This document shows, piece after piece, positions 26,622 to 35,414 of a DNA stretch of 64,000 nt (its first letter is position 1; each line of letters opens with the position of its first letter). The position numbers were made by a program, and so were the translations under genes. Source of the DNA: Thermoplasmata archaeon (GTDB lineage Archaea; Thermoplasmatota; Thermoplasmata; Lutacidiplasmatales; UBA184); assembly GCA_021798415.1 (NCBI GenBank), contig JAJZGO010000001.1, positions 11,982-75,981 of the forward strand, given 5' to 3'. A model generated the notes under the pieces. That model was not told the origin of the DNA, ran no database searches, and saw only the letters and a list, made by a program, of their open reading frames with translations.

Positions 26622-27160
26622 AGGCCGATCCCTCGGTGGACCTCTGGGCGAGGGACGAGGTCCACTTCCAACAGCACGGCTCCCGGTGCCGCATGTGGGT
26701 CCCGCCGGAGGTCCGAGACCCGATCCTCCTCCATGCGTGGACCCACAAGTCCATCGGCTACTGGGGAGCGGTACGACTTCGCGATGGGAAGATGATCTAT
26801 CGGCGAGAGGAGGGGATGTTCAACAAGGTCGGCTGCACGCAGTTCCTCCATCAGTTTTACCGAGAGAGCACCCGGGGTCCGCGACGTGTCGTGGTGATCA
26901 GCGATAACGCGCAGTACCACCACGCCCGTCTCCACCAGGAGTGGCGACACGAGGTGAGTCCCCAGTTCGAGCTCTCGTTCCTCCCCGCCGCAAGCCCGCA
27001 GTTAAATCCGATCGAGCGGGTGTGGAAGCTCACCCGGCGCCGGTGTCTGCACAGTCGGTATTTCCCCAAGCTCGAGGACGTGACCACGGCGGTGGAATAC
27101 ACCTTCGAGGACTGGCGGAGGGGAAACGAGACCCTCCGACGACTATGCGCAATTACTTAG
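26600..27160 (+). CDS. IS630 transposase, DDE catalytic part (orfB, expressed as orfAB fusion)
   Basis: DEVHF ... VVISDNAQYHHA ... LPAASPQLNPIERVWK: the DD(E) triad and LNPIE motif of IS630/Tc1. Confidence 0.85.
   Translation, partial: QKKLQTLKADPSVDLWARDEVHFQQHGSRCRMWVPPEVRDPILLHAWTHKSIGYWGAVRLRDGKMIYRREEGMFNKVGCTQFLHQFYRESTRGPRRVVVISDNAQYHHARLHQEWRHEVSPQFELSFLPAASPQLNPIERVWKLTRRRCLHSRYFPKLEDVTTAVEYTFEDWRRGNETLRRLCAIT
26601..26608 (+). other. A8 slippery run, probable programmed -1 ribosomal frameshift site of the transposase
   Basis: Frame 0 reads HKKNSRH-stop. After a -1 slip the reading becomes QKKLQTLKADPSVDLWARDEVHF..., continuing into the DDE domain. Confidence 0.7.
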
Positions 27161-27170
27161 GGCGCTCTGC

Positions 27171-27911
27171 TTAGATCTGGAAGTGGTCGCCGTCCTCGAC
27201 GACCACGGTGTCCGGGAAGACCCGCCGGGCCTCCGCGGCGATCTCGGTCTCCGAACCGGGGTGGTCGCCGAGGTGGTTGATCCAGAGCCGGCGGGCGCGC
27301 ATCGCCCCCGCGGTCTCGGCCGCTTGGGCGCCGGTACTGTGACCGAACTCCCGCGCGAGCGACGCGTACGTTTCGGGAAACGTCGCTTCGTGGATGACGT
27401 AATCCGCCTGCACACTCCGGGCCGAGGAAGGTTCGCGGGTGTCCCCCGAGTAGAAGGCGGTGACGTCCTGCGAGGAGAGAAGGTAGCCGTTGTTCGCGAC
27501 GGTGTGGTCGAGCCGGAGGGATCGGACGCGCCAGCCGCCGATCGTGACGTCGACGTCCTCCGATTCGACGAGGCGGAACGGATAGATCTCCGCTGGCTCG
27601 ACGACCGTGCCCTTGACGGCAAAGACCGCCCGCAGGATCTCGCCGAGGCCCGGTGGGGAGACGACGGTCAGAGGCCGGGTCCGGCCCGAGATCAGGGTGT
27701 GCAGGAGGAAGTCGAACAGGCCCGCGATGTGGTCGGAATGCAGGTGCGAGAGAAGAACCCCGTCGACCTCCCCGAAACGTCCGACGTCGTAGAGTCGGCC
27801 CGTGGCCCCCGCCCCGCAGTCGAGCAGGATCGAGTCAAAGAGGGTGCTGCACGGCCCTCGCCGCGACCCGCGGAAGTTGCCCGCGCCCGTGCCGAGGAAG
27901 TCGACGCGCAC
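27171..27911 (-). CDS. MBL-fold metallo-hydrolase (RNase Z/ elaC-like size)
   Basis: VLLSHLHSDHIAGL (HxHxDH) and a later INHL motif. GTG start giving VRVDFLGTGAG. Confidence 0.75.
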   Translation of the reverse strand: MRVDFLGTGAGNFRGSRRGPCSTLFDSILLDCGAGATGRLYDVGRFGEVDGVLLSHLHSDHIAGLFDFLLHTLISGRTRPLTVVSPPGLGEILRAVFAVKGTVVEPAEIYPFRLVESEDVDVTIGGWRVRSLRLDHTVANNGYLLSSQDVTAFYSGDTREPSSARSVQADYVIHEATFPETYASLAREFGHSTGAQAAETAGAMRARRLWINHLGDHPGSETEIAAEARRVFPDTVVVEDGDHFQI

Positions 27912-28139
27912 CGAGGACCACCAGGGCGCGCGGAGAAGACGGCGAGGAGATAAGCGCCGTCCTCGGCATCGTCCCGCCGCCCAGAACTTCCTCCGAGTTG
28001 TCTACGGCGGGAGAGGGGGGTAGCCGGGCGTCCCAACCGCCTCTCGGCCGGGTGGAAAGCTCGACGGATCCCCGTCGGATCGTCGTCGTCGCGGAGCGGC
28101 TAGCGTGGGTTGGTCGCCCTCTTCCGCATGCCGATCCGC

Positions 28140-28445
28140 ATGGACAAGAAGGAGGAGGCGGCGGTCGTGCAGCCTCTGGCCACGGTTCCGTTGGTCTCCC
28201 CCAACTCTCCGAACGTCAGTTGAAGTCCGTCGCCCCGATCGGGGCGGTCCGCTCGTACGCGAAGGGCGATGAGGTCGTCACGAAGGGCGGGAAGGACGTC
28301 GGCTTCTACCTTCTCCTCGGTGGACCGATGGAGGTCCGGCCCGAAGGGCGGCACGACGCGTCGCGGTCCGGAGGGCCCGGCCGACCTCCCTCCCGCACGC
28401 CCGCGAGCAAGGACGACGACCGGAGGACGGACGGCTTCGTCCTAG
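28140..28445 (+). pseudogene. decayed cyclic-nucleotide-binding (cNMP) domain gene
   Basis: ATG 28140 gives MDKKEEAAVVQPLATVPLVSP, then a stop. After a -1 shift at a C5 run the reading continues QLSERQLKSVAPIGAVRSYAKGDEVVTKGGKDVGFYLLLGGPMEVR (the cNMP beta-roll start). The expected GPGDxFGE...R.A part is only recoverable across further frame changes. Confidence 0.4.
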
Positions 28446-28474
28446 CGCCCCGGGGACTCCAAGGGCCGTGGGAC

Positions 28475-29440
28475 CTACGGCCGAAGATCCCCCAAGCTGC
28501 CCTTCGGGGAGTCGCTCGCCGAGAGGACCGCGCGCGCGAGGGCCTCCACGAGAAGCGGGTCGTCGTTCAGCGATTCCGTGCGCTCGAACACCATCCCCCG
28601 TTGCCCGGCCCGCTCGCGCATCTCGATCTCCACGTCATAGAGGATCTCGAGGTTGTCGGAGACGAACCCAAAGGGCACGACGAGAACGACCTTCTCTCCA
28701 GCCCCGGCCACCCGCTCCAGCTCCTCCTCGGCCGAGGGCCCCAGCCAGGGCCCTTCCCGGCGACCGACGCTCTGATAGGCGAACCGGGACCTTATCGACG
28801 GCAGTCGTGCCTCGATCGCCTTCTGGGTCGCCCCCAGCTGCACGACGTACGGTTCGGTCGTGGGGTCCTGGATACCGGGGAGGCTGTGCGCGGTGAACAG
28901 GACGAGCGGGTCTCGCGCCCCCCGCTCCGCGAGCGCCGCGAGGCCGTTCGAGATCTTCCCGGCGAACGCGGCGGCGAGCGACGGGTCGTGTCCCCAGCTT
29001 TCGACGGTCCGAAGACGGACCTCGCGACCGGTCGCCTCCACCGCCTTGCGGAGGCTCGACAGGTAGCCGCCGACGCTCCACGTCGAGTAGTACGGGGTCA
29101 GGCAGAGTCCCGTCAGGTCCGTCACCCCTTCGTCGACCAGTCGGGCCACCGACTCGTCGATGTGCGGGTTCCAATGCCGCATCCCGACCTCGCACCGGGC
29201 CGGACACCCGACCGCGGCCAGGCGCCGCTCGAGCGCAGCGGCCTGCGCCCGCGTCACGTCCACGAGCGGTGAGCCGCCGCCGATGCGTCGGTACCGCTCC
29301 GTAAATTCCTCGACCAGCTCTCGCGGAGTGGGCCGGCCGCCGCGGAGGTCACGGAGGTACGGCTCGACCTCGGAGAGGGCGGAAGGTCCGCCGAGGGCCA
29401 TCAGGAGCACGGCGCGCTCGTGCGGTGCGGTCGCGTTCAT
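28475..29440 (-). CDS. hemH: ferrochelatase
   Basis: LLMALGGP...VEPYL, FTAHSLP, VVPFGFVSDNLEILYDVE: the ferrochelatase signature blocks. Confidence 0.9.
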   Translation of the reverse strand: MNATAPHERAVLLMALGGPSALSEVEPYLRDLRGGRPTPRELVEEFTERYRRIGGGSPLVDVTRAQAAALERRLAAVGCPARCEVGMRHWNPHIDESVARLVDEGVTDLTGLCLTPYYSTWSVGGYLSSLRKAVEATGREVRLRTVESWGHDPSLAAAFAGKISNGLAALAERGARDPLVLFTAHSLPGIQDPTTEPYVVQLGATQKAIEARLPSIRSRFAYQSVGRREGPWLGPSAEEELERVAGAGEKVVLVVPFGFVSDNLEILYDVEIEMRERAGQRGMVFERTESLNDDPLLVEALARAVLSASDSPKGSLGDLRP

Positions 29441-29594
29441 GCCCCCGCCTTCTGGCCTGAGCCGACCGCTCGCCCGGCAGCTTCCGACAGCGCGAGCAAG
29501 AGCGGGCGATGGCCCCCGCTCTCCGGCGTATCAGCATCCCCCCGGTCCCTCCTCGACATCCGGCGTCCTCCTCTCTGCGGCTGCCTCGCAGCTC

Positions 29595-30086
29595 TCACCC
29601 GACCATCTGGAGGACCACGGCGAGCCCGAGGATCGCCAGCATGAGACCGAGGTTCGCGTAGGCCACGAGCCGGCTCTTCCGTCGGATCTGCCGGAGGGCG
29701 TCGACCTTTCCCTCGCGGGCCAGCCGGCCGATCCTCCGGCCGAAGTATAGCCCGTGGGTGTAGACGAGCGCCACCAGGACCGCGACCGCCACGGCCTTCA
29801 CGACAAGGATCTGGCCGCCCAGCGTCGATAGAGGGCTCGCGAGCGAGGGAAGGTACCAGGTCGCGTTGTAGAGCCCGGTGACGATGAGCACCACGAGGAG
29901 CGGCGTGGTGAGCTGTCCGAAGCGGCGCGCGATGCGACCGACCAGCAGCGTCCGAGCTGCCTCATCGGTCGTGACCCGATGCGAGACCGGCTCGAGGACG
30001 AGCCACATGAAGAACGACCCCCCCACGAAGAGCACGGCGCTGAAGAGGTGGACCCCCAGGACGGCCGCGTCGACCCACTCGTTCAT
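29595..30086 (-). CDS. CopD/HemJ-superfamily 4-TM membrane protein
   Basis: MNEWVDAAVLGVHLFSAVLFVGGSFFMWLV (His in TM1), then three further TM helices. Start is taken at ATG 30086. Confidence 0.55.
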   Translation of the reverse strand: MNEWVDAAVLGVHLFSAVLFVGGSFFMWLVLEPVSHRVTTDEAARTLLVGRIARRFGQLTTPLLVVLIVTGLYNATWYLPSLASPLSTLGGQILVVKAVAVAVLVALVYTHGLYFGRRIGRLAREGKVDALRQIRRKSRLVAYANLGLMLAILGLAVVLQMVG

Positions 30087-30257
30087 CCGGTCGGCCCCCT
30101 CTCTCGGGCCTCTGTCGGTTCTTGGCCCGATGGCTCTCGGCCCCGCCCGGCCGGGAAAGGACACGGACCCCGGCGGTCCGCGCCGCGGAGGATAGAGCGC
30201 CGGACGCTCGACACCGAGGTTCCGCCTCCTCCAGGGTGCCCGCTCATCTCGGGACCG

Positions 30258-31361
30258 TCACGAGCCGGTCGGCAGTCCGTGGGCGAACAGGCAGGCCGGG
30301 TCGGTACCGAGCGGGTCCCCCGAGTGCACAAAGGCGCGCGCCCGGCTCCCTCCGCACTCGGAACGGTGAGGGCAGATCCCGCACGCGCCGTGGAGTTCGC
30401 GGGCCCGGATCCGTCGGAGGAGCTCGCTCTCCCGGTACAGCCCGACCGGGTCGTCCGCCCGAACGTTTCCGAGGCGGTACTCGAGGAACCCTCCCGGATA
30501 GACGGTACCGTCGTAGGCGACGAAGAGGATCCCGTCTCCGTCGAGGGTCCCCCTCGGCGCGAGAGAGGACGGCTGGGTCGCCGGCCCCATCCTCTCCTCA
30601 AGATCGTGGTGCAGGGCCGCGTAGAGCGGGCCCCCGTGGCTCGGCGTCGGCCCGTCCCGCTCCTTGCGGACCCGCCGGAGGAACGGAGCCTCGACGGGCC
30701 GGACGAGCACTCCGTAGCGAGAGGCATCGTACAGGAAGTGGCTCACGTCCTCGGCTTCCGTCGGGGTGACCTCCTCCAGGTCCGCCCCCCGGCCGGTCCG
30801 AATGAGGAAGAAGACCTCCCACGTCCGGACCCCGCGGGTGTACAGCGTGTGGAAGAGCCGCGGGAGCTCCGTTACGTTCCCGGACATTACGGTCGAGTTG
30901 ACCTGGACCCGGAGGCCGGACCGCACGCCCGACTCGATAGCGTCGAGCGACCGGCCAAAGTGTCCCGGTACTCCCCGGATCCGTTCGTGGGTTGCCGCGG
31001 TTCCTCCGTCGAGGCTGACCGACATGGCCGCGACACCCAGGCTTCTCAGCGCGGTGAGGGTCGCCGCATCGAGGCGCTCCGAGACGGCGGGGGAGACGGC
31101 GACGTTCATCCCTTGGGCCCGCGCGTGGCCGATGAGCTCGGGGAGGTCCGGGCGCTGGAGCGGGTCCCCGCCGGTCAGGATCAGCGTCGGAAACGGCCGG
31201 CCAAAGTCGAGGAGACGGTCGATGAGGGAGCGACCTTCGGCCGTGGAGAGCTCCCCCGGGAGTGGCTGGGGGATCGCCGACGCCCTGCAGTGGCGGCACG
31301 AGAGAGGGCACGCACGCGTTGTCTCCCAGAAGACGAGCACTGGCCGCTCCGCGAACCCCAA
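30258..31361 (-). CDS. radical SAM / SPASM-domain protein (AhbD/TIGR04053-like)
   Basis: [16 protein letters not shown] (CxxxCxxC), GGDPLQRPD, and a C-terminal CGICPHRSECGGSRARA auxiliary-cluster region. TTG start. Confidence 0.8.
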   Translation of the reverse strand: MGFAERPVLVFWETTRACPLSCRHCRASAIPQPLPGELSTAEGRSLIDRLLDFGRPFPTLILTGGDPLQRPDLPELIGHARAQGMNVAVSPAVSERLDAATLTALRSLGVAAMSVSLDGGTAATHERIRGVPGHFGRSLDAIESGVRSGLRVQVNSTVMSGNVTELPRLFHTLYTRGVRTWEVFFLIRTGRGADLEEVTPTEAEDVSHFLYDASRYGVLVRPVEAPFLRRVRKERDGPTPSHGGPLYAALHHDLEERMGPATQPSSLAPRGTLDGDGILFVAYDGTVYPGGFLEYRLGNVRADDPVGLYRESELLRRIRARELHGACGICPHRSECGGSRARAFVHSGDPLGTDPACLFAHGLPTGS

Positions 31362-31691
31362 CGTCGTCTCCTCTACCGCGTTCGCCTCCGGGCGGCACCG
31401 TCACGAAAGGCGGAGCTAGAAAAGGACGATGGTCCGGGCTCCGGAAACGTCGGCGGAGGGAAAGCCGGGTCGACCCGGTCGGTCGGCCCGTTCGCTGGCG
31501 TCTCGGACCCCCCACGCCTTGTCGATCGACCTCGGTGCCGATGACCGGGTTCCTGGTGCGCCCGGCCTCAGCTCCCCCTCTGAGGCGGCCACGAGAACGG
31601 GGCCGAATGCGGCCGGGCCCGTGCCGGAGGACGCCATCGCCTCCCTTCGGCACGCTCGCCGGACCAGCCGCCCGTCGGCCCACATCCCGGC

Positions 31692-33509
31692 TCAGCCGGC
31701 GGACCGACCGGGTGCCTCCGGGACCGGTGGCTCGGCTCGGTCGGCGCCACCCTCCTTCCGACCCGGCTCGTCGGGGCGGGGCGCGACGACCCCCTGGTCC
31801 TCGTGGAAGAATCGGGCGCCCCGAAGGTAGGAGATCCCCGCCCCCACGAGCGTGATGACGCCGGCGAACAGGAAGGCGCCGTGGAGGCCATCGATGAACG
31901 CGGGGGCGATCGCGGCCGGGAAGAATCCCGTCGACGTCAGCCGGGCGGCGATCGCGGGGGTGATCTGGCTCGGGTCCCAGCCCGGGACCGTCGAGGCGAA
32001 GGAGAGCAGCGTCCCGACCGGATTGTACCCGAGGAACGCGGCGAACAGCGAATCGGTCGGATTCGCCTGGGCGAGGCTCGCGAGGATCGGGCCGTCGGGC
32101 GCGCCGACGCCGAGCCCCCCGAGCGCGGAGGTGACCGATCCCGCCAGCCCCGACGCGAGACCGCCGATCACGATGGTGAAGAAGAAGACCAGCGACAGTT
32201 GCTGGCCCGTGTTCTGTAGCGTGGCGAGCATGCCGGAGGAGGCGCCGCGGTGCCGGGCCGGGACGGAGTTCATGACCGCGGCGGCGTTCGGAGCTGCGAA
32301 CATGCCCATCCCGCCTCCCTGAACGAAGAGGAGGAGGCCGACCGTCGGGTAGTCGAAGTTGTAGGGGACCAGAAGGAACAGGAAGAACGTCGCGGCGGCG
32401 ACCACCATCCCGAGCGTGGCGAGGGTCCGGGCCCCCCAGCGGTCGGAGAGCCAACCGCTCAGCGGCCCAAAGACAAAGAACCCGAGCAGGAGCGGGATCA
32501 TGTAGACTCCCGACCAGAACGGAGTGCTGGCGAAGGAGTAGCCGTGCAGGGGGAGCCAGATCCCCTGGAACCAGATGATCAGCAGGAGCATCATCCCGCC
32601 CCGGGCCAGCGACCCGAGGAACGCCGAGGAAACTCCCGCGGCGAACGCCCGGCCGCGGAACAGGGAGAGGCGGAACATCGGCTGGGCGACCCGCGTCTCG
32701 ACGAAGACGAACGCGATCAACAGCATCGTGCCCGACCCGAGCGCCGTCCACACGTACGGGCTCCCCCACCCCATCGAGGAGCTGCCGTACGGCAGCAGCG
32801 TGTAGGTGAGGCCCACGAGCAGGAGGGTGAGTCCGCCCGCGAACAGGAGGTTGCCCGGAATGTCGAGCCGCTCGTCCTTGCGGGGCGGCCGGAGGTCATG
32901 AAGGCGGTAGTACGCCCAGACGGTGCCGAAGACGCCGACCGGGAGGTTCACGATGAAGATCAGGCGCCAGGTGGGGAGGGTCAGGGCACCGAGGTGGAGG
33001 TCCGGGATCCCGGCGAGGATCCCTCCGACGATGAGACCGAGCAAGGAGCCGCCGATGAAGGCGACCTGGTTGATCCCGAGCGCCTTTCCGCGCTCCTCGG
33101 GAGCGAAGGCATCCGTGAGGAGCGCGGCGGAGTTCGCGAAGAGGAAGGCGGCGCCGACCGCCTGGAGCAGGCGGAATCCGACCAGCTCCCAGGCGCCGGT
33201 CGTGCCGGCGTTCGGGGTGAAGAACAAAAGGAGCGATCCGACGGTGAAGATCGCGAACCCGAGGTTGTAGACCCGCGCCCGACCGTAGATGTCGGCGAGG
33301 CGACCGGCGTTGACCAGCAACACTGCCGTGACGACTCCGTAGCCGAGAAGGAGCCAGATCAGGATCGCAAAGCTGGACGCGTCGAACGGATTCACGCCGA
33401 GGCCCCGGAAGATGACCGGTATCGAGATCAGGAGGATGGTGCCGTTGATCGACGCCATCAGCCCGCCGATCGTCGTGTTCGAAAGGACGACCCACTTGTA
33501 GTCGACCAT
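31692..33509 (-). CDS. MFS transporter, 14-TM DHA2 (EmrB/QacA)-like
   Basis: 605 aa, hydrophobic throughout. Has the GRLADIYGRARV motif A-like loop and FGPLSGWLSDRWGAR. Confidence 0.85.
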   Translation of the reverse strand: MVDYKWVVLSNTTIGGLMASINGTILLISIPVIFRGLGVNPFDASSFAILIWLLLGYGVVTAVLLVNAGRLADIYGRARVYNLGFAIFTVGSLLLFFTPNAGTTGAWELVGFRLLQAVGAAFLFANSAALLTDAFAPEERGKALGINQVAFIGGSLLGLIVGGILAGIPDLHLGALTLPTWRLIFIVNLPVGVFGTVWAYYRLHDLRPPRKDERLDIPGNLLFAGGLTLLLVGLTYTLLPYGSSSMGWGSPYVWTALGSGTMLLIAFVFVETRVAQPMFRLSLFRGRAFAAGVSSAFLGSLARGGMMLLLIIWFQGIWLPLHGYSFASTPFWSGVYMIPLLLGFFVFGPLSGWLSDRWGARTLATLGMVVAAATFFLFLLVPYNFDYPTVGLLLFVQGGGMGMFAAPNAAAVMNSVPARHRGASSGMLATLQNTGQQLSLVFFFTIVIGGLASGLAGSVTSALGGLGVGAPDGPILASLAQANPTDSLFAAFLGYNPVGTLLSFASTVPGWDPSQITPAIAARLTSTGFFPAAIAPAFIDGLHGAFLFAGVITLVGAGISYLRGARFFHEDQGVVAPRPDEPGRKEGGADRAEPPVPEAPGRSAG

Positions 33510-33524
33510 GGCTCCGACCCCCCC

Positions 33525-34010
33525 TCAGGCGTCTCCCGACTCTCTCAGGGCGTGGCGGAGTTCGGCGACCCCCCCGAGGAGGCCCTCCCGGGCGGTCGGT
33601 GGGATCCGCGCCCCCAACTCCCGGAGCGCCTTTCGCTGGGCGTCCTTGGCCTCACGGAGGAGCCGACGGCCCGGCTCGGTGAGAACGGCGAGGCGGGAGC
33701 GGTGGTCGGTGGGATGCGGTTCGAGCCGCACCAGCCGACGGCGTTGGAGGCGTCGCGCGAGGTCGGTCGTGGCCGCGGGGGTCACATCGAGGGCCCGCGT
33801 GATGGACTTGAGGGGGACGGGCCCCGGCGCGCAGAGAGCGAGCGCCTGGTACTCGGACAGGAGGAGTCCATGAGGGCGAAGTGCCTCCCGGGTCACGCCC
33901 CGGAGGATCCGGTACAGCTCGCGGACGGATTCCCACGGTGGCTCGACCGGTCGCTGCGGAGGAGGCGCCCCTCCCGCCCGCCTCCGGGAGACGGCAGTCG
34001 GCACGGCCAT
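33525..34010 (-). CDS. MarR-family transcriptional regulator
   Basis: LSEYQALALC...LKSITRALDVTPAATTDLARRLQRRRLVRLEPHPTDHRSRLAVLTEPG is the MarR wHTH. Confidence 0.85.
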   Translation of the reverse strand: MAVPTAVSRRRAGGAPPPQRPVEPPWESVRELYRILRGVTREALRPHGLLLSEYQALALCAPGPVPLKSITRALDVTPAATTDLARRLQRRRLVRLEPHPTDHRSRLAVLTEPGRRLLREAKDAQRKALRELGARIPPTAREGLLGGVAELRHALRESGDA

Positions 34011-34033
34011 GCACGGCGGCCACCCCTCGGAGG

Positions 34034-34041
34034 ATATTAAG
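34034..34041 (-). promoter_or_regulatory. candidate TATA element upstream of the MarR-MFS pair
   Basis: The minus strand reads CTTAATAT about 24-31 nt upstream of ATG 34010. Confidence 0.3.
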
Positions 34042-34239
34042 ATGCCTTACTTCCACGGGAACACCGGACGGGGGCACGCCGGGGTTGTCGGGGAACGCGG
34101 ACCGGCGCCGGCGCGGGGCGGACGAGGGCCTCGCGGGCCGCAGAGGTGGGCGGCCCGGAGCGGCTCGCCTCGCGGGCGTCGGACAACCCACTACGGTGCC
34201 TGAACGGTTTTCAACCCCGGTAGGCTGGGGAGCGGCCGC

Positions 34240-35064
34240 ATGACCGAACCGATCCACGAGGAGCGTGTGACCTTCTCCGCGAACCATCGGGAGCTCGACG
34301 CCGACCTCGCCCTCCCGAGGAGCGACGGGCGGCGACCCGCGGTCATCGTGGTCCACGAGATCTGGGGCCTGGACGCCCACATTCGCGACGTGGCGGGCCG
34401 GTTCGCGGCCCAAGGGTACGTGGCGCTCGCCCCCGACCTCTATACCGGAGAGCTGCGGGGCCCGATGACCCCCGCGAACATCATGGCGGGCATGACGTTC
34501 CTCCGACAGGCGCCTCCCGAGGTGCAGCGCGATTTCTCGAAGCTCGGGCCGCTCCTCGCCGAGCGCTCCCCCTCGGAGCAGGAGGCGCTGCGTACGCTCA
34601 TGCGGGTGATGAGCCCGGACCAACACCAACAGTTCGCCGAGGACCTCCGGGGCGTCGCCCGGTACCTCCGGAACCGAGACGACGTCGACCCCACGCGGAC
34701 CGCTGCCGTGGGGTTTTGCATGGGAGGAGGGCTGGTCGCCCTCCTCGCGACCCGCGACGCGGAGCTTCGGGCGGGCGTCGTGTTCTACGGCGCGAACCCG
34801 CCCCTCGAGAGGGTGCCCGACATCCGGGCGTCGATCTTAGGGTTGTACGGAGGGGAGGATCACCGGATCACCGACACGGTGCCCCTGTTCGAGGAGGCGA
34901 TGCGGAAGGCGGGCCGGAGATTCGAACGGCGCATCTACCCCGGCGCCCCGCACGCCTTCTTCAACGACTCCCGACCGCAGGTCTACCGGAAGGAGGCCGC
35001 GGAGGACGCGTGGACGCGCGTCCTGGACTTCCTCGGCCGGGAGTTAGCTCCTCCCCCGACGTGA
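34240..35064 (+). CDS. dienelactone hydrolase family protein
   Basis: PAVIVVHEIWGLDAHIRDVAGRFAAQGYVALAPDLY, GFCMGG nucleophile elbow, and GAPHAF. Confidence 0.85.
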   Translation: MTEPIHEERVTFSANHRELDADLALPRSDGRRPAVIVVHEIWGLDAHIRDVAGRFAAQGYVALAPDLYTGELRGPMTPANIMAGMTFLRQAPPEVQRDFSKLGPLLAERSPSEQEALRTLMRVMSPDQHQQFAEDLRGVARYLRNRDDVDPTRTAAVGFCMGGGLVALLATRDAELRAGVVFYGANPPLERVPDIRASILGLYGGEDHRITDTVPLFEEAMRKAGRRFERRIYPGAPHAFFNDSRPQVYRKEAAEDAWTRVLDFLGRELAPPPT

Positions 35065-35414
35065 GCGGCGGCGTCCCTCTGCGCGCCCCTCTGCGATCGA
35101 AGGTGGTCTCGGGACGGGCCCCGCGCCCCCGACGGCGGGGCAACTCGCTGCGGAGGGGGTGGAGACTCCCCGACCCTAGCCCTCGCGACCCCCGACGGCC
35201 CACGAGAAAGGGCCTCCCCCGAGACCGAGTGCGACGCGCTGACCTTCCCGGTTGGGACGGCCGGCCGGGCGGCCCCACGGACATGATCCTGAGGAGCCGA
35301 GCGCCCGTCGAGCGGCCCCCGAGGAAGCATGGACCGCGAGCTTAACGACGCGAGGACGACGGGAGGGTACGAAAGGTCTAGGGGCCCGAACTCGGCTCGA
35401 CCGTGACGGGGACG

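Larger units (their letters stand above)
26079..27159 (+). mobile_element. IS630/Tc1-mariner-family insertion sequence (about 1.08 kb)
   Basis: Terminal inverted repeats TAAATAATTGCGC (26079-26091) and GCGCAATTACTTA (27147-27159), each ending in TA (the IS630 target-duplication dinucleotide). Two overlapping transposase ORFs with a DDE triad. Confidence 0.85.

Noticed and set aside
27653-29272. 539-aa plus-strand ORF spanning the MBL gene, the spacer and the ferrochelatase gene
   Set aside because: It is a shadow ORF. Only the 28.2-28.35 kb portion shows a real (cNMP-like) signal, and that is reported separately as a probable pseudogene.
29979-32769. Very long ORFs (521 aa on +, 723 aa on -) rich in Arg/Pro/Gly
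   Set aside because: They are alternative-frame or antisense shadows of the radical SAM and MFS genes, which have clear motifs. Their low-complexity RPG composition is typical of non-coding frames in GC-rich DNA. The same reasoning rejects 40073-42196 (+), 46538-48721 (+), 53053-55347 (-), 58722-60638 (+), 31692-34040 shadows and similar entries.
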